From: Octopus sinensis
Taxonomy: Eukaryota
Assembly (NCBI RefSeq): GCF_006345805.1
Contig: NW_021835466.1
Location: 1 to 64,000 of the forward strand
Length of the DNA stretch: 64,000 bases
Direction: 5' to 3'
Under the pieces are notes generated by a model, which was not told where the DNA came from, searched no databases, and was given only the letters and a program-made list of their open reading frames with translations. How positions within the stretch are numbered: the first letter of the stretch is position 1; each line of letters begins with the position of its first letter. Of this stretch, positions 24,914-36,924 are shown piece by piece. Made by a program: the position numbers and the translations under genes.

Positions 24914-25310
24914 CTCTTTTATTCTTTTACTTGTTTCAGTCATTTGACTGCGGCCATGCTGGAGCACCGCCTATAGTCGAGCAAATCGACCCCGGGACTT
25001 ATTCTTTGTAAGCCCAGTACTTATTCTATCGGTCTCTTTTGCCGAACCGCTAAGTGACGGGGAGGTAAACACACCAGCATCGGTTGTCAAGCAATGCTAG
25101 GGGGACAAACACAGACACGCAAACACACATATACATATATATATACATATATACGACGGGCTTCTTTCAGTTTCCGTCTACCAAATCCACTCACAAGGCA
25201 TTGGTCGGCCCGGGGCTATAGTAGAAGACACGTGCCCAAGGTGCCACGCAGTGTGACTGAACCCGGAACCATGTGGTTGGTTAGCAAGCTACTTACCACA
25301 CAGCCACTCC
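24913..25310 (-). mobile_element. SINE family A, full length, young-looking
   Basis: Near-consensus family A sequence on the minus strand. Confidence 0.9.
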
Positions 25311-25509
25311 ATATATATATATATATTTAGGCATAAAAATTATATATAAAGAAACAAGAACTTGAAATACACAAAGGGACGAACACAGAAAACAGGTCAT
25401 TCGAAGCCTTTAATCTTCAGTCAGAAACCGGATCATCATAGCAAATTTCGGCTGACATACAAGCAGACAGACAGTTAGATACAAAAGACTTCACGTATCT
25501 ATACATATA

Positions 25510-26230
25510 CGAGGTCTGACCAATAAGTCGCCGGACAGTTGTCAGAATAACAGAACTAAAACACTAAGAGTGAAGTCGCTTGGCAAAGATTGACCTTTGA
25601 AGCTGCTGTGCATGCGCTGTCCGTTTTACGTACTGGCTCACTTCCGCTGTTTACATCAATGCTTGGAAGGAAGGTTGTAGCGTGCGATCGTCGCATTGAC
25701 CATAGCAGAGAATGTTGCCATGGCGAAACCTGCTCGGATGCCTACGTAATGCTGGAGAACGTGTAGGGAGGGGAGTGTAAGAGCTGCACACAAGTGTACG
25801 AGTTGTACAGACGTTTCCAAGACGGACGATAAAATGTTGACATTGGCGAACGTTCTGGAAGACCCGTAACCAGCAGAACTGAAAAATACATCGCAGGTGT
25901 GCTTGCAGCTGTGAAGAGAAATCGTCGAATTACCATCTGCGAGTTATCAGAGGATGTACATATTAATTACAATTCTGTTTAGTCCATTATCACTGAAGAT
26001 TGGCGTATGAGACGCGTGTCTGCCCAGTTTGTGCTAAAACTACTTTCAGCTGACCAAAGGGACACTCGGGTTTCGAGAACGATGAAAACTTTTAGGAAAT
26101 TGCGTTTGCCTGTGAGCAGGTATCGCCATGCTATTTGAAAAAATTTGATGCCTATTTTCTTATCAACATTCTCTGCCATGGTCAATGCACGATCATACGC
26201 TACAAACGTTGGTTTCAAGCACTGCTATAA
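25510..26230 (+). mobile_element. mariner 5' relic (TIR plus N-terminal transposase) followed by an inverted partial copy
   Basis: TA-CGAGGTCTGACCAATAAGT TIR-like start. Translation gives RRFQDGR..ERSGRPVTS..RNRRITICELSEDV..MRRVSAQFVLKLLS. 26105-26225 is an inverted copy of ~25655-25740. Confidence 0.8.
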
Positions 26231-27042
26231 ATTGTGGAAGTAAGCTAGAATGTTAAAACTCAGTGCGTATGCACTGTTGTTGTTTTTAAGCAAAGTCATT
26301 ATGCCAAAATTATTAACACATGCACCGGTTCAATTTCTCTCCTTTCTTCTTAGTCAATTGGTTAAAGATGCAACTAAATAATCGATTATCGATTATTAGT
26401 TTAACTTAGTTAAACAGGTCGTTCACATTTATCTGTTTTTCTTTCTATTTCTGAAACCAATCAAGGTTCTTTCTTGCTAATTGCAATCTCTTCAGTGACT
26501 TTTATTCGGTTACGGAGGCCGAGTTTGTTTCTCGGAGAATTTGTCGCGTACCACTGAGTGTGTGCCAATGTGCGCATGCGCTTGCATATTTGGGTATGTA
26601 TGTATGTATTTATGTATGCTTCTGCGTGTGTGTACTCCCTTGTGCTTGTGTCTGTATGTGTGTGTATTTCTGGCTTTGTGGACGGGTATGCTTGCGTGAG
26701 TTTGTGAGTGTGAGTTTATATGCGTGTGTGCAAGTGCGCCTGTTGTGCATGCATGTGTGTATAACTGTCTGCATATGCTAGGTATGTGTATGCCCTGTAT
26801 GTATATATGTGTGTGTGTGTTCGCGTGCATGTATGTGTGTGCCCGTGTGTGCCCGTGTGCGTAGTGTTTGTGTGTGTTTATCTGCATGTCTACCTATTTA
26901 ATAATCTATCTATCTACATACCTACCTAACAACCTAGTTATATATGTATAAATTTTCGTGGGATCGATAAGAGTATCCAACACAGGGATTTGTGATGTGT
27001 CTCATCAATCTCGTTTGTGTAGTGATATGTGTGATGTCGCAA

Positions 27043-27140
27043 GGGGGCTAGCTGGTAGAAACGTTAGCACGCCGGGCGAAATGCTTAGCAGTATTTCGTT
27101 CTGAGTTCAAATTCCGCCGAGGTCGACTTAGCCTTTCATC
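27043..27140 (+). mobile_element. SINE family B, 3'-truncated
   Basis: GCTGGTAGAAACGTTAGCACGCCGGGCGAAATGCTTAG...GAGTTCAAATTCCGCCGAGGTCGAC. Confidence 0.85.
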
Positions 27141-28352
27141 GAAAAATACCTCAGGAATGAGAACCCAGGTTCGAAATTTCCCCAAGACACCTGATGATGG
27201 GTGGAAGGTAAATCAGCCGAACGGTTGTGTTAATAGCAAACAAGATGAGGACCAGTATCCGTCAAATGTAAATAATGTAAATGCAGTATCTGTGAATCAA
27301 ATTTTACGATTTTAAAAAAGAAAACTTAGTAAAACTGAAAGATAACGGTAATTAAGCAATGTTTACTTATTTATTTTATTTTTTATTTTATCTAGTTTCA
27401 GCTCACGAGCTGTGGCCATGCTGGGGCACCGCCATTTGGCGTTGCTACATGATTTTACTTCACGAATGCTTTTTAGCAATTGCCATTTGGTGCATGAGAG
27501 AGTTCGATGCAGTTGCCCTCATCTGCACCTCCTGCCGTGAAGTTGGTTCATCTGGGACACCTGACAGGAGGAGATCCAGTTTTATGTGAAATATAGGTGA
27601 AGAAATAATGTCTTGCTAGGCACATTAGAATACTCTCAAATAGAATACTCTCAAATGGTTTCAGAGAAGTCCATTAATAGATCTCATTTTTAATACAAAC
27701 TGCAGATTGTGGAAATTGTAAAGATAATTTATGAATATATCGTATAATAGTTTCCATAATAAATTGTTTATTTTTTCCTTCATTTCTCAGGACGAAATTT
27801 TTATCATGATAATTACTTCTTCAGGCAGAGGTTTCATTTAATCAAGAGGTACCGTAAGTAACGAGGAAAAAAATTATATATGAACAGAGAAAATATTAAG
27901 CAAAGAGATGCCTATAAAAGTTATCACAGTTAATTAATCATTGCGCCAAATAAATATATACCTTAATTAATTTATTTCGCGATGGGGAACTTAGAGCATA
28001 TTAATTCCTGTATTCCCTTTCCCACAATGTGTTCGTTGAAATCTATTGTTTCTCATCATACGTAATTTGTTATAATTTCTTTCGTGTTTCTCGAATTTTT
28101 TTTATGCATCTCATTATTTCCTTGTCTATCTCACCTTCTACACACAAAGTTGCACACACAAGCATAAATGATATTGAAACATTCACAGCAGTATTGTCTC
28201 TCTGGAACCCCGTGATATACATGTCTTCATGTATATAGGTCCGTATGTATGTATATATAAATGTACGTATGCATCTTTATACACACACATTCGCACAAAC
28301 ATATGAATGTACATATTTATATATATGTATGTGTGTTTATACATATACTCAT

Positions 28353-28735
28353 GTACTAGTTTCAGTCATTTGACTGTGGCCATGCTGGAGCACCGCCTTT
28401 AGTCGAGCAAATCGACCCCAGGACTTATTCTTTCTAAACCTAGTACTTATTCTATCGGTCTCTTTGCCGAACCACCAAGTTACGGGGACGTAAATACACC
28501 AACATCGGTTGTCAAGGGATGTTGGGTGGGGGGACAAAAACAGAAACACAAACACGCATATATATACATATATATACATATATACGACGGGCTTCTTTCA
28601 GTTTCCGTCTACGAAATCCACTCACGAGGGTTTGGTCGGCACGAGGCTATAATAGAAGACACTTGCCCAAGGTGCCATGCGGTGGGACTGAACCCGGAAC
28701 CATGTAGTTGGTAAGCAAGCTACTTCCCACACAGG
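28353..28735 (-). mobile_element. SINE family A
   Basis: Family A on the minus strand. Confidence 0.9.
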
Positions 28736-29106
28736 CACACACACACAATATATACACATATGTGTATATATACAGACACACATATATATATACATATATG
28801 CATATATACATATGTATGTGTGTGTGTGTCTGTGTCTGTGTGTGTGTGTGTGTGTCTGTGTGTGTGTGTCTGTTTTAAAAGTAAATCACGTAGATTCCAA
28901 ACAGACTGCAACAGTGAGAAATATTGTCTGGTGAGTCTAATTAACAAAAACTTCCTTAACCGAATTGAAGATCTCTAGATTAAATTAGCGGTGAATATTT
29001 CAGTAATAAACAACTGAAAGTAATTAAGATGACACACAGGAGGACGATGTGGTTTTAATTATGAGTAAAATAATAACAAGTCTTCTCCTATATAAATACT
29101 AACTTG

Positions 29107-29500
29107 TGTGGAGGCGCAATGGCCCAGTGGACCAGTGGTTAGGGCAGCGGACTCGCGGTCATAGGATCGCGGTTTCGATTCCCAGACCGGGCGTCGTGAG
29201 TGTTTATTGAGCGAAAACACCTAAAAAGCTCCACGAGGCTCCAGCAGGGGATGGTGGTGATCCCTACTGTACTCTTTCACCACAACTTTCTCTCACTCTT
29301 ACTTCCTGTTTCGGTTGTACCTGTATTTCAAAGGGCCGGCCTTGTCACTCTCTGTGTCACGCTGAATATCCCCGAGAACTACGTTAAGTGTGCACGTGTC
29401 TGTGGAGTGCTCAGCCACCTACACGTTAATTTCACGAGCAGGCTGTTCCGTTGATCGGATCAACCGGAACCTTCATCGTCGTAACCGACGGAGTGCTTCC
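29107..29500 (+). mobile_element. SINE family C (tRNA-Arg-like head; resembles octopus OR-type SINEs)
   Basis: GGCCCAGTGG(ACCAGTGG)TTAGGGCAGCGGACTCGCGGTCATAGGATCGCGGTTTCGATTCCC head and CTTCATCGTCGTAACCGACGGAGTGCTTCC tail. Four copies in the window. The family name is recalled, not verified. Confidence 0.85.
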
Positions 29501-29873
29501 ATTCATTCCATCCACTAACCTGTAACGGGTAATATTAACATTGTATGAGAATTCCTATGATGTATGTCAGAGCTGCAGCAACTGTTGCTCGGAGGGTGTT
29601 AGCTAGGTGGTCGTCGTTTGAGCTGCTAAAAATAGCAGCTGCATATCCCCTCGAAAATGAAAGAAAGGCTACTAAATGTGTGTTTGTGTGTGTGAGTGGA
29701 TGTGTGTGTATATTTGTGAATGTGTGTGTCTGTGTGTGAGTGCGCTCGTGTGCGTAGAGGTGCCTGTTGGATAATGTCTTTAATGTACACGCTATCTACA
29801 AAAAGACAAAGAAAGATGAAGAAGAATGTTTTTCGGATTAAAAATCAAAAGCGAATGCGGCTGTCAACGCTGC

Positions 29874-29876
29874 AGT

Positions 29877-29912
<36 letters not shown>

Positions 29913-30008
29913 CACTACTACCAACAACACCAACAACACCACCATCACCACCACTACTACTACAACAACTACTACTACTACTACTACAACTACTACTACT
30001 ACTACTAC

Positions 30009-30040
<32 letters not shown>

Positions 30041-30042
30041 TA
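29874..30042 (+). repeat. Compound trinucleotide microsatellite (CTA)n/(CAA)n/(CAC)n
   Basis: Direct reading of the sequence. Confidence 0.95.
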
Positions 30043-30099
30043 TTTTGTAAATCATACTTTCATAAGTTGAGACTTTCAAACAGGAGGTATAAGGATATA

Positions 30100-30320
30100 G
30101 CAATGCGAAGAACTAGCAGAATCGTTAGCGTGTCGTGGAAAATGCTTAGCGGCATTTTGTCCTTCTTTAAGCTCTGAGTTCAATTCCTGCCAATGCCGAT
30201 TTTTTCTTTCATCCTCTCTGAATAGATGAAATAAGTACCAATTGATACCTGGGGGTTCATGTAATCAACTTACCCCCGCCTCGAAATTCCTAAGCTTACG
30301 CCAAAATTTGAAGCCAATAT
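30100..30320 (+). mobile_element. SINE family B, old short-tail variant
   Basis: Degenerate B head and core with a CTTACCCCC..CCAAAATTTGAA tail. Confidence 0.65.
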
Positions 30321-31199
30321 CAAGAGACAGCGGAGATATAATTTTTGATGCAGAGGGAAGGAAACCAGCGTAAATTATTGCTGAGTTTTAACAAGATAAG
30401 AAACAAAAAAATATTATTAAATGTCGTTCGACTCTTAATAGCAATTCTTCCATGTTTACCTGAATATACTTCTGGCAGTATTCACTATCGACAAGATGGC
30501 CAAGTTCAATTGATTCTATTCACAGCAGGTGTCTCCTGCTTAGGATCGCTTTTGTTCAAAAGAGTTCTCATTGTGATATAGGCAGTTTGTTCGCAACATT
30601 TTCAATGTCTCTTTCACAAAGACATGGAGAATGCTAAAAATTATTTAATGTTATATCTTACTCTATGATGAAAATCCTACAAGTTCAATCAGCTATAGTA
30701 TTTTCGATACAAAAGAATTTAAAAAATGATCTGCGCTCAATAGATATGCACGAGAATATCTGTGTTTTCATTTATAGCTTTAAAGTTACACATCTATTCT
30801 AAAAGCACATCAGTTTTGTCATACTTCTTACGTTACACGGGCAAAGGTGAGATTTTGGGGGAAAGTATTTAAAATTCTCTTAAACTACCAAGGCTAAAGA
30901 CTATATATGCTACTCTATATTTCTTTATTATGATTATACAATCGTTACATAGAAGGACAAATACAGGACATACATGCAAAAAACAGTTAAGAGGTTCGAT
31001 TAAAAATTTTCCATAACATTTGGATTATTCATTATAAAAATTCGTCTGTAAATTGTCCTTTACGTGACCAATAGAATAACATTTCATAAACTTTCGATCT
31101 TACCGAAGTTTTAAACCCCGGCAATTTATAAGGCCCCGCAGCTTTTGTTTCCTCTCCTCCCTCCATAGTTAAGCTGGGTTTCTGACACCCACCTTTTTT

Positions 31200-34100
31200 T
31201 CCACTTCCTTCCATCTTTTCTCATACACACCCCGTGGTAAGATCCTCTTTTCCAGCCCCATTTTGCTCTTCAGATGATATCTGAAGTAAGTGAGCAAGCC
31301 GGGGCCCGAGACAAGGATCCTATCGCGACTCCTTCCATTCTTGTTCGCCACATGCATTCTTTTACTACTGCAACCGTGCAGTGAAAACATGCCTCACCTT
31401 CCTTCGAGAGTCCAGTTGGCGGTATCATCTTAATCATAGACTCAGCCGACAGCTGTACTCGTCCCAGATGCGATAACACGTGTTCTGCGTAACTTATCAA
31501 GTCGGACAACTTCCGACAGTGTACAAAAGCGTGCTGGACGGTTTCATCGTCCAACTCGCACCTTGGACACGTCGGTGGCACTGAAATTCCGTGCCGCGAT
31601 AACTTCTCGCGAACAGGTAAAGCATTCCTATAGCACTGCCAGGCCAGGGATCTTTGGAAATTATCCAAGTACCCCGTCCTGAAAGTCTTTTAAACAGGTT
31701 GGTAAGCTGGTCTTCGTCAAACCCCAGAGCCCCTCCTAGGACGTCGTCGTTCTTTGCCTCTACCAGCCTTCTATAAAATACCGAGGTGGTATTTCCGCAG
31801 CCGGCCTTGCCCGCCTTGTGGATCAGCGTGAGTGCCTGTCGGCACTCCTTTTGCCATAAAGTCAGTTTCCATCTTTTGATGCGACCGGGTTTAAAATTCA
31901 CTAAGGAGGCCGGTCTCGGGAAAAATTCCCCTGCCACCACCTTATCACCCTCCAGGTGGTGCCAGAGATGCTTCAAACTCAACGCATGTCTGCGCATCAT
32001 CAACCAAGGCATTCCTAACCCACCCTTTAACGGTTCCTGGCAGCAAACGGAGCGCCTCACAAGTGGCCTTCCTCCCTTCCACAAAAAGCGGAAAAGGATT
32101 CGCTCCAACTTGCTAAGTCATGAATCGGGGCAAGGGACAACGGTCAGGCGGTAAGTGATTACAGATGCAATGAACATCTGTACCACCTCCACCCTTCCTT
32201 TCAAGGACAGAAACCTTCCGGACAGGTCCGTACTATGGCCTCCACCTTGCTCGTCACCTCACTCCAGTTCCTCTCCGTTTGGGAGTCTGCCCAAAACCAA
32301 ACTCCTAGCAATTTAACAGGGCCGTCCGTCCAGTGTCCCACGACACTGGACGATATCGACTTGCTCCTCCAGGTGCCGAGGCGCAAGCCAACCGACTTGT
32401 CCTTGTTAACCTTTGCTCCTGCCACCGCCTCTTATCCTCTGATAGCCTCTTCCACACAAGGTAGCTGGGCCTCATTGGACACGATGAGGGTGACGTCATC
32501 CGCATAAGCAGTAACCGTCCTCCCACCTCCGATCTCATCCGAGTTACTTCCCAGCCTCTCCAACTTTCGCAGCAATGGCTCAAGAGCCAACACGTACAAG
32601 AGTGGTGACAAGGGGCACCCTTGACGAACTGAACATTCGATCGAAAACGGTTCCGTTAGGTAACCGTTTATCTGGACGGTGGACTTGATGCCGCTATACA
32701 TAGCGGAGATCCACCCGCGAAATTCAGGGCCCAGTCCAGCCGCTTCGAGGACCGTCGCCAGGTACTCATGGTCTACCCTATCGAACGCTTTACTTTGGTC
32801 TAAATGGACCATTACCCCGCCCTTGCCGGTTAATTTACCCACCCTATCTAAGGTGTAGCGTATAAGGTGAAGATTGTCCTGGATCGACCTGCCTGGAATT
32901 GCACATGTCTGTGCTCTCCCTACAAGTTTCTCCACGACAACCGTCAACCTTTTTGCCAACACCTTGGCCAAAATCTTTAACTCTACATAAGTAGAGTTAT
33001 GGGCCTGTAGTTACTAATGTTATCCCCCTTGCTCGGGTCTTTCTGGATTAGCGTCACCACTCCCCGGCTTACAGAACTGGGAATTCTCCCATTCTGCTGC
33101 CAGTTCGTGTAGACGCCTGCCAATATTCCCCGAACAAGTCCGGCATACTTTGGTAAAACTCGTAGGGCAGACCATCCAACCCCGGCGACTTCTCCCCGGC
33201 GCATCCGGCCAGTATCCCCTCTATCTCCGCGGGAGTGATCGCTTCTTCACAGCACTCCACCTCACGCCCCGAGAGCCGCGGTCCGCCGGCCAGGAAGTCC
33301 TTTAAGGTCCTCCCCCGCTCCGGCGCCACACCACCCCCGAACACGCGGGCGAAATGCTGGTGAAGAAACTTTTGCATCTCCTCCTGTCCATAGATCTTTT
33401 GTCCCTGTTCGTCAGTTAAAGACTTGATTGAGGCTTTGTTACCTCTCTGACTCTCCACTCGACGGGCCCATCCGGCAACGTTAATACCTTCTCGTTTCCC
33501 AGCGCGTAGCTTAGCTCTGACTCTGCAACCTTCGTGTTTGGAGTTAAGGTGACGGTACAATACCGTCCTTGCCGCCATCACTCCGGATGCAGAGCCAGCT
33601 TCCATTGCCTCGTTTAGATTCTTAACTAATTCGTCCTCTATCCTAGACCTATCTAACCTTAGCTGATTGCTAAATCTAATGGACTCTGAACGAATGGCTC
33701 TTTTGAGGGAGTGCCACCATCTATTGTTAATGATGGTGCCACACAATGCCCTCTGTACTAACACCTTAATCCGGGTACGGAAGTCTTCACAATTCAAAAT
33801 AGCCTTGTTCAGCTTCCAGTACCCGGGTCCCTGTCTATGACACTTGTCTAATTGCATCTTACACGTCACAAATTTGTGATCCGTGTAAGGCACAATGTGA
33901 AACTGTGGACAACTAAACGTATCCTTATCTCTTTTCTTAATAAATATCCTATCTAAATACGATCTGTGTGAGCCGTCGTTGTTACTCCACGTCCAGTGGA
34001 ACGCTCGGCTCATCCAGTCGGTAACGGTCCACTAGATCAAAGCTCTCTAGTAGACCCTTGAGGCTAGGGTTCCCCTTCCTATTGGTTGAGCCAACACTGT

Positions 34101-34539
34101 CGACCCGCGCTTCAAGGACAGTGTTAAAGTCCCCTATTAGGATTACCGTTTTCGACGTCGCTAAAAAGGGCTCCAGGTTCCGAAAAAAACCCGTCTGTCT
34201 ACCCTCGTTCGGAGCGTAGACAGCTACCAACCTGAAGGACTGTTACTTACGTGGGTCACATCCAGAACAACCAGCCTGCCTTCTGGGTCCAGAAAGACAG
34301 TACTTACCTGCAAGTCCAAGCTCTTCTGATAAGGACTGCCACGCCTCTGCCTCTTCCTCGGCTAGGAGAAATAAATTTCTCGAACCCATTTAGAAGAGGC
34401 GAGAACGCTTGGCCTCGTTCATCTTGGACTCGGTTGCAATAGCTATGTCTACTCCATGTGTCGTGAGGTCGTTCAGGAAACAAATTTGTTTCCATTTCGT
34501 CCCCATTCCACGTACATTCACACAACCCAGCTTAGCCAT
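31200..34539 (-). pseudogene. Frameshifted Tx1-like ORF2 (APE endonuclease, reverse transcriptase, zf-RVT)
   Basis: ATG at 34539 gives MAKLGCVNVRGMG..DIAIATE. Further motifs: VILIGDFN; SYLDRIFI..DH; SPGLDGLPYEFY; NYRPITLL; HLDQSKAFDRV; RQGCPLSPLLY; AYADDVT; CPRC..ETVQHAFVHC. Split over about 9 ORF pieces. Confidence 0.92.
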
Positions 34540-34955
34540 TGTCGGTGAGAGAAAAAATAAATGAACTTACGGTTGAGAAAGGGAGCATGACAGTTTAAAT
34601 CTGCCCGCTTCCCCTTCTTCCTCCCTTGTGGTTGTAGCTGCAGGGCTCTTAACCGGCGTTGCCACGGGCTCTGGGTAGGTGTGGTTGCCGGGGTTATAAC
34701 AAGTTTACCCTCCAGTACTTCTTTTGTTACATCTCTAATCAGTCTATTCTTTAGATGTTCTTGTAGTTTTTCCTCCTTCCACTCGTCTTCCTTTATTTTT
34801 GCGAAGCGAGTGGTTGCTTTTATGTCTGTAGCCTTGCTAAATAGTTTAAATTTTGAAAATTTATAGTATGCTACTCTATCCCTAAACCACCCAAAGAATC
34901 TATTTTCTGAACGTCTGGAAAATATAAAATAATCATCACAGCGTGTAGTTTGCAT
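34518..34955 (-). CDS. 145-aa basic ORF immediately upstream of and overlapping ORF2 (possible ORF1 remnant or captured exon)
   Basis: Open frame in the ORF1 position that overlaps the ORF2 ATG. No recognisable CCHC or RRM motif. Confidence 0.3.
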   Translation of the reverse strand: MQTTRCDDYFIFSRRSENRFFGWFRDRVAYYKFSKFKLFSKATDIKATTRFAKIKEDEWKEEKLQEHLKNRLIRDVTKEVLEGKLVITPATTPTQSPWQRRLRALQLQPQGRKKGKRADLNCHAPFLNRKFIYFFSHRQWLSWVV

Positions 34956-35184
34956 TTGAAATATATATGTATATATAGGAGTTCGATTCCAGGCAGTGAC
35001 CTGAATAGTAATAACAACAACATCAACAACGACAACGACGACGACGACGAAAAATACCTCAGAAATGCGGTAATGACAAACAAATTAGGCAAGTGATTAG
35101 GCAAATGAGGTAAGGACAAACAAATTAGGCACGTGATATACAAAAACTATTAAATTCATTTAATACAAAAAAAAAAGATGCACA

Positions 35185-35616
35185 AGCGTAGGAGTGGCTG
35201 TGTGGTAAGTCGCTTACTATACCAACCACATGGTTGCGGGTTCAGTCCCACTGCGTGGCATCTTGGGCAAGTGTATTCTGCTAGAGCCCCGGGCCGACCA
35301 ATGCCTTGTGAGTGGATTTGGTAGACGGAAACTGAAAGAAGCCTGTCGTATATATGTATATATATTTATGAATATGTGTGTGTGTGTGTGTGTGTGATTG
35401 TGTGTCTGTGTTTGTCTCCCTAGCATTGCTTGACAACCGATGCCGGTGTGTTTACGTCTCCGTCACTTAGCGGTTCCGCAAAAGAGACCGATAGAATAAG
35501 TACTGGGCTTACAAAGAATAAGTCCCGGGGTCGATTTGCTCGACTAAAGGCGGTGCTCCAGCATGTTCGCAGTGGAAATGACTGAAACAAGTAAAAGAGT
35601 AAAAGAGTAAAAGAGA
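35185..35616 (+). mobile_element. SINE family A, full length
   Basis: Family A consensus match. Confidence 0.9.
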
Positions 35617-36319
35617 GATGGATACATATAAAAAGTTGCGACTTACACAGAATAGAAACGGTATGAGGTATTAAAGGCGTTACACAAAAGTTTTACTAGT
35701 CCAACATTAGTGTTCCAAACTAGTGATTGTAATTTGATTGTAATTTGATCCCATCATCGGATAATACCAGCCCTCGTCTTGAGGGAAGAATTTTACATTT
35801 GCGCTGTTGACAGAATGGAGATTAAAGATGGAATTCCACGTTACAGAACTTGCAGATGTTGTATCCGTTTGGCTAGGAATGTTTACACCTCCCTTCGTAT
35901 TCACCAAACCTTGGTCCATCAGATTTCTACCTGTTTCGGTCTCAGCAAAATTCATCGAATGGACAATCTTTTAGCTATATAGATGATGTAAATATTCAGC
36001 TGGAAGTATTTTTCACCGGTGGAAACAAGAATTCTGTATGCAAGAAGTAATGTATCAGGTACAAGATTGCAGATGATACGGAAAATAGTAGCGATAATAT
36101 TTCATTGAAAAAATAGTTTTCTTTTTAAAACATGTGTCTTATTGTTCCATAATGATAAAAAAAAAGGAACGAACGTTTTGGCAACCCAGCTCATACGGTC
36201 ATACAAGGTTGAGTAAATTAGGAACGTCACATATACATATGCCTCTATTTAGGAAAGGAATATCTTGCATACAATTCTTATTTACATACACTGGCGGGCA
36301 CTCATTTTCGTTAAGGACA

Positions 36320-36536
36320 CTCTGTTACTCTTTTACTTGTTTCAGTCATGTGACTGTGGAAATGCTGGAGCACCGCCTTTAGTCGAGCAAATCGACCCCG
36401 GTATTATTCTTTGTAAGCCTAGTACTTATTCTATCGGTCTCTTTAGCCGAACCGCTAAGTGACGGGGACGTAAACACACCAGCATCGGTTGTCAAGCGAT
36501 GTTTGGGGACAGGGGGGGGGGCAAACACAGATACAC

Positions 36537-36621
<85 letters not shown>

Positions 36622-36924
36622 CATCAGAAACGACCACTCGGAAGGCCTCCACGACTTTGGAGTTCGATTTCAGGAGGACGATTGGGAACACGTGGATGAG
36701 AAAGGCACGATCCAGAGAGGAGTGGACAGCGTGCTGTGACCAGCGGTGTCAAATATATATACGACAGGCTAGTTTCAGTTTCCGTCTATCAAATCCACTC
36801 ACAAGGATTTGGCCGGCCCGAGGCTATAGTAGAAGACACTTGCCCAAGATGCCACGCAGTGGGACTGAACCCGGAACCATGTGGTTTGTAAGCAATCTAC
36901 TTACCACACAGTCACTCCTACGCC
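36320..36924 (-). mobile_element. SINE family A with a nested insertion in its internal microsatellite
   Basis: A tail and body at 36320-36540, A head at 36760-36924, with foreign sequence between. Confidence 0.85.
36622..36752 (+). mobile_element. RTE-like LINE 3'-terminal fragment
   Basis: KRPLGRPPRLWS / RRTIGNTWMRKARSREEWTACCDQR resembles the RTE C-terminus (R.RGRP..RW.D....W...A..R..W). Confidence 0.6.

Larger units (their letters stand above)
30920..34955 (-). mobile_element. L1/Tx1-clade LINE, near-complete ORF2 region with 3' UTR
   Basis: GC-rich block with APE, RT and zinc-finger domains in order. AATAAA at the 3' end (~30925). Confidence 0.9.

Noticed and set aside
25385-25460. CTGAAGA and GCCGAAA on the minus strand as a hammerhead
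   Set aside because: The order and spacing do not allow stems I and II to form in any permutation I could build.
29107-29185. SINE heads as tRNA genes
   Set aside because: A/B-box-like motifs are present, but there is no complete cloverleaf or acceptor stem and the sequence continues into SINE body.
29720-30070. Poly-Leu / poly-Tyr / poly-His ORFs
   Set aside because: These are translations of a compound trinucleotide microsatellite.
31786-32507. Plus-strand ORFs of 122 aa and 90 aa
   Set aside because: They are antisense shadows of the GC-rich Tx1 ORF2.
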